NCBI GenBank assembly: GCA_037446635.1
Contig: JBBIIG010000032.1
Span: forward strand, 38,056 to 49,883
Length of the DNA stretch: 11,828 nucleotides
Reading direction: 5' to 3'
Origin: a bacterium
GTDB taxonomy: Bacteria > Zhuqueibacterota > Zhuqueibacteria > Oceanimicrobiales > Oceanimicrobiaceae
Below, one piece after another: positions 5,584 to 11,828 of the stretch. Every line of letters starts with the position of its first letter. The first letter of the stretch is position 1. A program made the position numbers and the translations under genes. Under the pieces are notes generated by a model. It made no database searches. It was given only the letters and a program-made list of their open reading frames with translations, and was not told the origin of the DNA.

Positions 5584-7436
5584 TAGTGATGCCCGTTACC
5601 ATGAGCCGCCGCTACAGCTGCGGATTTTTGCCATTGCGGCACGTGGTCGCTTTCCACATTCGGCACACTGTACTCATAGGGCCCGTGATAGACTGTGGGG
5701 ATTTTCTCGAAATTGCCGTGCGGCGGCGGAGTTGGCGCCGCCCATTCCAGCGTGTTGGCTTGCCACGGATTTTCTTCCGCCTTCTTGCCTTTGAACATGC
5801 TGTAGAAAAAGTTGATGAGAAAAATCAACTGCACGACGCCCAGCGTGAAGGCGCTCATGGTGATGAAAATGTTCATGCCTTGAAACTGCTGCAGAAATTC
5901 ATACTGCAGCGGATTGTAAATGCGGCGCATGTGGCCGCCGACGCCCAAAATGTGCATCGGGAAAAAGGTGCAGTTGAAAGCGATGAACGTCAGCCAAAAA
6001 TGAATTTTGTTGAGAGTGTTGTTCATCGTGCGGCCGTACATTTTCGGGAACCAGTAGGTGATGGCCGCGAAGATGCCGAAGATGCTGCCGCCGAACACGA
6101 CGTAGTGAATGTGCGCGACGATGTAGTAGGTATCGTGAATGAAAATGTCCACCGGCGTTGAGGCCATGTAAATGCCGGAGAGCCCGCCGATGACGAACAT
6201 CGACACGAACGCCAGCACGTGCAGCATGGGCACGGAGAAACGCAAGTTGCCGCCCCACATGGTGCCCAGCCAGTTGAAGGTTTTGATGGCCGAGGGCACC
6301 GCAATCACCATCGTCGAGACCATGAAGGTCATGCCGAGCATCGGATTCATGCCGCTTTGGAACATGTGATGCCCCCATACGATCCAGCCGAGGAAGGCGA
6401 TGGCCGCCATGGCGTACACCATCGCGCGGTAGCCGAAAATCGGTTTGCGCGCAAACACCGGCAGAATTTCCGAGGCAATGCCCATCGCGGGTAAAATCAA
6501 AATGTACACCTCCGGATGGCCGAAGAACCAGAACAGGTGCTGCCACAACAGCGGGTCGCCGCCGCCAGTCGGATTGAAGAAGGTGGTGCCGGCCATGCGG
6601 TCGAACAGCAGCATCGCGAGCGCCGCAGTTAAAACGGGCAGGGCCAACAGCAACAGAATCGCGACGATGAACAGCGCCCAGATCACCAGCGGCAGGCGCA
6701 TCCAGGTCATGCCGGGCGCGCGCATATTAATGATAGTCGTAATGTAATTGATCGATCCCATCAGCGAGGACAGTCCGAGAACGATCAAGCTCATGCACCA
6801 GAGATTCTGTCCCCAATCCACGCCGGTCCAGGTGGGATCGGCGGAGAGCGGGGGATAGCCAGTCCAGCCGGTGGCCGCGTGGCCGCCGGGGACGAAAAAT
6901 CCCACTAACATAATGATACCTGAAACGAACGCCACCCAGAACGACAGCATGTTGAGGGTGGGGAACGCCATGTCGCGCGTGCCGATCATCAGCGGGATGA
7001 GAAAGTTGCCGAAGCACCCCACGAGAATCGGCATTACCACGAAGAAGATCATGATGGTGGCGTGCATGGTGAACAGCTCGTTATAAAACGCCGGGGTGAT
7101 GATGCCCACCGGCATTTTTTTCGCCATCCAGTTTTGTTCGGCGTCTGGTTTCGAGAGCCAGCGATCCCACACGCGGTCCATGTAGGTTTGTGCTTCACCC
7201 GTATCGCGATAGTGCTGCGACGCGCCAATCAACGGTAGCGGGCGTTCGGGATAGGCCAGTTGCCAGCGCACCAACATCGCCAATCCGCCCCCCAAAAGCA
7301 GCATCAGCAATCCCAATAACAGAAACTGCTTGCCGATCATTTTATGATCGGTGGAGAAAATGAAGGTGCGGATGAACCCGTGGTGCGCGTGTTCGAGATG
7401 AACCTCTTTTTCTTTGACTGCTGTAGCTTCGCTCAT
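5583..7436 (-). CDS. ctaD: Cytochrome c oxidase subunit I, A1-type heme-copper oxidase
   Basis: STDHKMIG, FTMHATIM, RDMAFP (D-channel Asp), GWTGYPPLS, FWFFGHPEVY (A1 Glu), WGHHMF, VPSAIK (K-channel Lys), VAHIHYV, HMRR. GAGG RBS. Confidence 0.99.
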   Translation of the reverse strand: MSEATAVKEKEVHLEHAHHGFIRTFIFSTDHKMIGKQFLLLGLLMLLLGGGLAMLVRWQLAYPERPLPLIGASQHYRDTGEAQTYMDRVWDRWLSKPDAEQNWMAKKMPVGIITPAFYNELFTMHATIMIFFVVMPILVGCFGNFLIPLMIGTRDMAFPTLNMLSFWVAFVSGIIMLVGFFVPGGHAATGWTGYPPLSADPTWTGVDWGQNLWCMSLIVLGLSSLMGSINYITTIINMRAPGMTWMRLPLVIWALFIVAILLLLALPVLTAALAMLLFDRMAGTTFFNPTGGGDPLLWQHLFWFFGHPEVYILILPAMGIASEILPVFARKPIFGYRAMVYAMAAIAFLGWIVWGHHMFQSGMNPMLGMTFMVSTMVIAVPSAIKTFNWLGTMWGGNLRFSVPMLHVLAFVSMFVIGGLSGIYMASTPVDIFIHDTYYIVAHIHYVVFGGSIFGIFAAITYWFPKMYGRTMNNTLNKIHFWLTFIAFNCTFFPMHILGVGGHMRRIYNPLQYEFLQQFQGMNIFITMSAFTLGVVQLIFLINFFYSMFKGKKAEENPWQANTLEWAAPTPPPHGNFEKIPTVYHGPYEYSVPNVESDHVPQWQKSAAVAAAHGNGHH

Positions 7437-7467
7437 TTTTTTCCTCTGTTCGAGTTGATATCAACGG

Positions 7468-7566
7468 GTGGAGTAATGGATTAATGGATCATTGGATCAA
7501 TGGATCGTTGAATTGGCGCTTCTTTTTTTCTCATTGATCCATTAATCCAATAATCCAACGTTCCAC
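7468..7566. repeat. Inverted octamer tandem arrays (TGGATYAA-type x5 / TTRATCCA-type x4) between ctaC and ctaD
   Basis: TGGAGTAA TGGATTAA TGGATCAT TGGATCAA TGGATCGT, spacer, then TTGATCCA TTAATCCA ATAATCCA ACGTTCCA. Confidence 0.92.
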
Positions 7567-7598
7567 TCTGCAAATTCATCTTATCGTTCCTCTAAACG

Positions 7599-8279
7599 TC
7601 ATGGCGCCGGCGTCGCGGAATCGCCGGTCGGCCAGGTCTTCGCCTTCCACGCCTCGTACTCCTCCGGCGAATAAACGAAGGCATGCCCCAGCATTCCCGA
7701 GTGCCCGAAGCCGCACAACTCGGCGCAGGGGATTTCGTACTTGCCGGTTTCCGTGGCCTCAAACCAGGCGCGGATTTCCCGACCGGGCACGGCGTCCTGC
7801 TTCAGTCGCATCTGCGGGATAAAAAAGCTATGGATGACGTCTTTGGATTTGAGGCGGACTTCCACCACTTTGTTGACGGGAACATGGAGTTGGTTATCGA
7901 CTTGATAATCATCGGCGGTGCCAAAAGTTTGATCGGGGCCGGGGTAGAGCATCTCCCAGTTGAACTGCTTGCCCGTGACCTGTACCACGATGTCCGTGGG
8001 TGGCACCTGCATTTTGATTTTGCTCCACACCGGCTTGCTCACCAAAGCCAGCACAATCATGGCGATGAAGGTGGCGCTGGTCCACGCGATTTCCAGCGTG
8101 TTGTTGCCGTGGTAGTAGCGGGCTTTGCGGCCGGCCTTGAAACGGTATTTGATGAGGAAGTAAATCATCGCGGCGGCCACGAGATAGAAGACCGCGGCGG
8201 TGATATAGTAGATGACGTAGAAAAATTTATCGATCTCACCTCCAAACGTGGAAACATTGGGCGGCAGCCAATCGAGCAT
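7599..8279 (-). CDS. ctaC: Cytochrome c oxidase subunit II (CuA), with no fused cytochrome c domain
   Basis: Two TM helices, LEIAWT, GKQFNW, SKDVIHSF, KQDAVPG and the CuA motif CAELCGFGHSGM. GGGAGG RBS; no CxxCH. Confidence 0.98.
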   Translation of the reverse strand: MLDWLPPNVSTFGGEIDKFFYVIYYITAAVFYLVAAAMIYFLIKYRFKAGRKARYYHGNNTLEIAWTSATFIAMIVLALVSKPVWSKIKMQVPPTDIVVQVTGKQFNWEMLYPGPDQTFGTADDYQVDNQLHVPVNKVVEVRLKSKDVIHSFFIPQMRLKQDAVPGREIRAWFEATETGKYEIPCAELCGFGHSGMLGHAFVYSPEEYEAWKAKTWPTGDSATPAP

Positions 8280-8411
8280 GTGATTCCTCCCGGCTAATTA
8301 GATTTGTTGGAATTGCTTTACAGAATTAGTACAACGCGAAGGGACTGAATTGCTCTATTCTACTGACAACTGCTGAGTTTAGGGTAAAGCTCTGTAAAAA
8401 TTATGTGGGCG

Positions 8412-8440
8412 AATATAAAGAAACGGGTTTAAAGAAGCAA
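8412..8440 (-). promoter_or_regulatory. Putative sigma70-type promoter of the oxidase operon
   Basis: Minus strand TTGCTT (8440-8435), 17 nt, TATATT (8417-8412); implies a leader of about 125 nt before ctaC. Confidence 0.62.
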
Positions 8441-8470
8441 GAAGTTTTTGAGGGGAGGCAAACGACAGGC

Positions 8471-9175
8471 TTAGCCCTTTTTCTTTTTCACATCTTTGAG
8501 CAGTTTCTTTTCGTCGCCCTCCAGCTTGCGTTGTACTTTTTTGACATCTTCGGCGGGCGGCAGGGCTTCGGGTTTGACGCCGCGTTCAATCAGCATCCTG
8601 CGCACGGCCTGATTGTTTTCAACATGCTCGCTGGATATTTGATATTCACCCGTCAAGTCCTTCTCAATGACGTTATGGCTCGTAAGCTCGGTGGCGAAAT
8701 CTTTGGCTTTGATGGTGAGGGTGGGAAGGAAATCGGCCAAGGGCCGGCTGGCGGGAACGGCTAATTTTCGTTTCATTTCATAGGTGGAGTATCCGCCGAA
8801 CAAAGCCTGGTCGCCTTTTGAGCGGATAATCGCAAAGCCGCGGTCGTCCACGCCGCGCTCGTAAATGATGCCCGAGAGCTTCTTTTCGGACTTGGATAAT
8901 TTCTCCCGCGCCAAAAGTCTGTCCACGTCCAAAAGCCGCTGCTCGATAATCTCCTGCTTGCGGGTTTGCACGGCGAAATAGGTTTGGGCAAAAGCGATTT
9001 CGCTTTTCGCGGGGTCGCCGTTTTGAGCGATTAGATAGCAGGCGTAGCGCGTGAGCGCAAGATCATCGACTTCTCTTTGCCCGCCTTTGCCTATCCCGAT
9101 CATTTTGTTGATATCAACAAAATGATCGGACACTACAACGCCCGTCTTCTCGCACGCGCCGCAGAGATTACTCAT
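8471..9175 (-). CDS. dinD: DNA-damage-inducible protein D family protein, N-terminally truncated (possibly a pseudogene)
   Basis: DHFVDINKMI, LTRYACYLIAQNGDP, IAFAQTYFAVQTRKQE, SKGDQALFGG, RPLADFLPTLTIKAKDFATE, EHVENN, PEALPPAEDVKKVQRK. The usual N-terminal WSAREL...Y..W..F segment is absent. Confidence 0.88.
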   Translation of the reverse strand: MSNLCGACEKTGVVVSDHFVDINKMIGIGKGGQREVDDLALTRYACYLIAQNGDPAKSEIAFAQTYFAVQTRKQEIIEQRLLDVDRLLAREKLSKSEKKLSGIIYERGVDDRGFAIIRSKGDQALFGGYSTYEMKRKLAVPASRPLADFLPTLTIKAKDFATELTSHNVIEKDLTGEYQISSEHVENNQAVRRMLIERGVKPEALPPAEDVKKVQRKLEGDEKKLLKDVKKKKG

Positions 9176-9926
9176 TCAAACTCCAATCGTAATCCGTGTA
9201 TTTAATCTGCCATTTTTTGGGATCGGCTTGAATGGACGCGGCCAATTCCGTCGGCAGAAATCGGCTGAGGTATTGCAAAAGCTCGGCGTCGTTTTTGCCA
9301 AAATCTCCCTGGTACCAATCTAAAATTTTTGACAGATGGGCGACCTTCTTCTCCAGCTCAAAAAAGTTTTTATCCTTCTGACTGAAAAAAAGGCGTCCCT
9401 GCTCGTCGAGCTGCTCATCGAGGTGATCGCCTTCAAAGGCTTCGGAGCGCAGGGGCGGGCAGGATTTGGCGGCGCACACCAGCGCAAAATGGATGCGCGG
9501 CTCGTTAAATCGCTTGCGAATGATCTCGTGCTCGATCTGATTCAAGGTCAGGCGCTTGCCGTTGATGACGGCAAAGTCTTTATCCCAGACAGTTTTCTTC
9601 AGTACCGTGCCGACGATCAATCCGCCGGTGTGCAGGTCGTTGATGCTTTTGACGGGATAGTTGTCGCAAATCACTTTCAACGTGTAGGCGTTATAGGCGT
9701 TGATCCAAAAAGCTAACTGGGCCTTTTGGTCGGCGATGGCTTCGGGGTTGGCAGCGGCTAATTGCGCGAGGTACGCCGCCAGCCGGTCGTCGTTGCGAAG
9801 CTCGCGATAATTGACGCGGCCATCGTGCACGTAGTCTTGCAAAATTTGTGTGAACAACTCATGGGAGGGATTGTCCACGGAGGAAATAAAAAACAGAGCT
9901 GTGATAAAAATAAGTAGGAAGTTCAT
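9168..9926 (-). CDS. DUF547 domain-containing exported protein
   Basis: G.VNY, LAFWINAYNAYTL, LNQIEHEIIR, EPRIHFALVCAAKSCPPL, LSKILDWY..DF, YDWSLN. Hydrophobic N-terminus; ATG 9926 is 6 nt downstream of GGAG. Confidence 0.92.
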   Translation of the reverse strand: MNFLLIFITALFFISSVDNPSHELFTQILQDYVHDGRVNYRELRNDDRLAAYLAQLAAANPEAIADQKAQLAFWINAYNAYTLKVICDNYPVKSINDLHTGGLIVGTVLKKTVWDKDFAVINGKRLTLNQIEHEIIRKRFNEPRIHFALVCAAKSCPPLRSEAFEGDHLDEQLDEQGRLFFSQKDKNFFELEKKVAHLSKILDWYQGDFGKNDAELLQYLSRFLPTELAASIQADPKKWQIKYTDYDWSLNE

Positions 9927-9994
9927 CATCATCTCCACTTTAAAAATTCTTGATTTCGATTGACCCAACGCGATTCGGAAGGGAAGTATTCCCT

Positions 9995-10759
9995 TCAAAC
10001 GTCTTCTACTTCAAAGCGCTGGCCTCTAAAAATTTCAGGGCGCCGCGCCCGACTATTTTGATAGTCCCGGTACAGCGCCGCCAGTTGCGCGGGCGACCTT
10101 CCCAAAAGATACTGCAAAATCAGCCAGCCATTGAGGAGCTGACAGCGCACGATGCCTATTTTTAAAAACCGCCGTGCGGAGGTGGTGACGCGAGCCGGAA
10201 ACGAATGAACTTTTGTGGCCCGCCGCGCCTGGCGCAGCAAGTGCACGTCTTCCAGCAGCGGCCACTCCGGGAAGCCGCCTAGTTTTTCAAAAAAAGATTT
10301 TCGCACGACGATGGCCTGGTCGCCGAAGCGGGTGAAAATGGAATCGAAGCGGGTGCAAGCGGTATAAAACCGCAGCAGCCAGTGGGGGTGATCGAATTGC
10401 AATCGAAACGTTCCAATTTGAACCTGGGGATTGGCAAAGTAGCGGTTGAGCAGCTCAAACGCGCCGTGGGGAAGACGAGTATCGGCGTGCAAAAAAATTA
10501 GAATATCTCCTACCGCCGCCCGCGCGCCGGCGTTGCACTGAATGCCGCGCCCGCGGCAGGCGGCCAGCACGCGTGCGCCTTCCTGGCGGGAAAGCGCCGC
10601 CGTTTCATCCGAGCTGCCGCCATCCACGACGATGGTTTCCGCTGCTCCCATTTCGGCGCGCAGAGATCGAATGGTCTGGACGATGCGCTCAGCTTCGTTG
10701 AGAGCAGGAATGATGACAGAGTAGTTTAATTGGCGAGCGGGCATTCTTTTTAAATTCAT
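9995..10759 (-). CDS. Family 2 glycosyltransferase, TIGR04283-like (rSAM/selenodomain-associated, arsenosugar-cluster type)
   Basis: SVIIPALNE, VVDGGSSD, GRGIQCNAGA, FLHADT, FGDQAI, GGFPEWPLLEDV, TTSARRF; adjacent to DUF547. Confidence 0.88.
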   Translation of the reverse strand: MNLKRMPARQLNYSVIIPALNEAERIVQTIRSLRAEMGAAETIVVDGGSSDETAALSRQEGARVLAACRGRGIQCNAGARAAVGDILIFLHADTRLPHGAFELLNRYFANPQVQIGTFRLQFDHPHWLLRFYTACTRFDSIFTRFGDQAIVVRKSFFEKLGGFPEWPLLEDVHLLRQARRATKVHSFPARVTTSARRFLKIGIVRCQLLNGWLILQYLLGRSPAQLAALYRDYQNSRARRPEIFRGQRFEVEDV

Positions 10760-10803
10760 GTCTTTTGAATAAAACTAAAGCTTGTCCCAATAAATTTCAA
10801 AAC

Positions 10804-10838
10804 AAAAAAGACTCCCTGAAAACATCCGGGAGTCTTTT
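10804..10838 (-). terminator. Intrinsic terminator after the ECF sigma gene
   Basis: Minus strand AAAAGACTCCC, 11-nt loop, GGGAGTCTTTTTTGTTTT, starting 26 nt after the stop. Confidence 0.88.
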
Positions 10839-10864
10839 GGTCTGCGCGGCGACTCTAAGTCATT

Positions 10865-11452
10865 TTATGCGGCGGCTTCGAGATAGCCATTCTTGCGGGC
10901 GTAACCGTGCAGGGATTTCATCAGCATTTGGCGGCCGCGATTCAAGCGCGACATCACGGTGCCGATGGGGCAATCCAGCAGTTCCGCAATTTCTTTATAT
11001 TTGAGCTCGTTGACATCGGCGAGCAGCACCACCAAACGGAACTGGCTCGGCAGCTTGTCCAACGCCAGCGAAATGAAATCGTCGAACAGCTCATAGTGGT
11101 CGATGAGCGGAATCGTTTTTTGCCTGGCGTCGGCGCGGTCGCCGTTGGCTATTTTCTGCACGGTCAGATCGAAGTCGGCGCGCTTTAATTGCGATTGATT
11201 TTTGCGGTAGCTGTTGATGAAATTATTCACCAGGATGCGAAAAATCCAGGCGTGGAAATTGGTGCCCAGCTTGAAGCGATCGAAATAGCGCCAGGCCTTG
11301 AGGTAGGTGTCCTGCACCAGGTCCTCGGCGTCGCGGTGATCGCGGGTCATGCGCACGGCGGTATTGTAAAGTTTGGTCATCACGGGCAGCGCCAGAGTTT
11401 CGAAGCGTTTCATTCGGGCGTCCAACGGTAGGGGTTGGGCCAGGGCGGGCAT
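10865..11452 (-). CDS. ECF sigma-70 factor (SigH/SigR-like)
   Basis: Region 2 DAEDLVQDTYLKAW...GTNFHAWIFRILVNNFINSYRK; region 4 LKYKEIAELLDCPIGTVMSRLNRGR. ATG 11452 with GGAGGA RBS. Confidence 0.95.
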   Translation of the reverse strand: MPALAQPLPLDARMKRFETLALPVMTKLYNTAVRMTRDHRDAEDLVQDTYLKAWRYFDRFKLGTNFHAWIFRILVNNFINSYRKNQSQLKRADFDLTVQKIANGDRADARQKTIPLIDHYELFDDFISLALDKLPSQFRLVVLLADVNELKYKEIAELLDCPIGTVMSRLNRGRQMLMKSLHGYARKNGYLEAAA

Positions 11453-11629
11453 GTCTTCCTCCAAAACAGTTTAACTCGCTTTCGCACATACCAATAGTAT
11501 GCCAGATTTTATTTGGAAAGAAGATAACCGTTTGGAAGACGGCGGTTTATGAAATGCACGGCGCGCGGCGCGACGGTTTCCAACGGCTCGCGGCGATGCT
11601 GAAATTTAAGCACGCGATTGTTGTTTACG

Positions 11630-11828
11630 TCATGTGCTGGCGGCGGGGGAGCTCGCTGCGGGTTGTTTCTTTAAAAAAGCATCGAGCGCCTCAACGAGGC
11701 GATCGATGGCGTTCAAGTCGCGGCGATGGCTGGCGACTTCGAGTTCGTAACCGAGGGCGGTGATGTCATTGAAGCCATACGATGCGCCGCTGCCTTTCAG
11801 GCTGTGGCCGATCATGCCGATCTCTGCG
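11630..11828 (-). CDS. Hpt (histidine phosphotransfer) domain, 3' end of a gene entering from outside the window
   Basis: AEIGMIGHSLKGSGASYGFNDITALGYELE matches the HxLKGSxxxxG Hpt signature; the frame is open to the window edge. Confidence 0.88.
   Translation of the reverse strand, partial: AEIGMIGHSLKGSGASYGFNDITALGYELEVASHRRDLNAIDRLVEALDAFLKKQPAASSPAAST

Noticed and set aside
7454..7465. GTTGATATCAAC palindrome as an FNR box (also TTGTTGATATCAACAA at 9105-9120)
   Set aside because: FNR needs TTGAT-N4-ATCAA and these have no spacer; the second copy is coding sequence of dinD.
4562..7566. CRISPR array or IS/MITE call for the repeat elements
   Set aside because: Units are 7-8 nt with no unique spacers, there is no cas or transposase gene, and I see no target-site duplications.
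9927..9998. ORF-track N-terminal extension of DUF547 from 9998
   Set aside because: ATG 9926 has a well-spaced GGAG and puts the hydrophobic signal at the N-terminus, although the 4-nt overlap start at 9998 cannot be fully excluded.
11489..11505. Sigma54 promoter (minus strand CTGGCATACTATTGGTA) upstream of the ECF gene
   Set aside because: The -24 TGGCA is present, but the -12 position reads GT rather than the near-invariant GC.
117..11763. All plus-strand ORFs and the alternate-frame minus-strand ORFs in the track (e.g. 1130-1864, 5499-6161, 5899-6546, 7683-8297, 411-722)
   Set aside because: They are shadows of well-supported minus-strand genes in GC-rich coding DNA and carry no recognisable motifs.

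Overview
Bacterial window in which every credible gene is on the minus strand. In transcription order (right to left): the 3' end of an Hpt (histidine phosphotransfer) domain gene; an ECF sigma factor (SigH/SigR-like) with an intrinsic terminator; a TIGR04283-type family 2 glycosyltransferase; a DUF547 protein; an N-terminally truncated dinD; then an A1-type aa3 cytochrome c oxidase cluster with its own sigma70-like promoter (ctaC/coxB, ctaD/coxA, an unannotated 36-aa membrane peptide, a subunit III paralog, a small CxxC membrane protein, a second subunit III, subunit IV, ctaA, ctaB). The window ends with a broken two-component locus, where a DUF4118 sensor N-terminus is joined out of frame to the last 31 codons of an Rcp1-like response regulator, followed by the 5' part of a receiver-domain gene. 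The most unusual signal is a family of composite hairpin elements at gene junctions of the oxidase operon. Each has a purine-rich array of 7- or 8-nt tandem repeats, a short spacer, and then the reverse-complement array. The architecture is shared but the unit sequence mostly differs. One full element and one half element lie inside the CxxC gene's reading frame. All family assignments come from motif recognition only; no database search was run.
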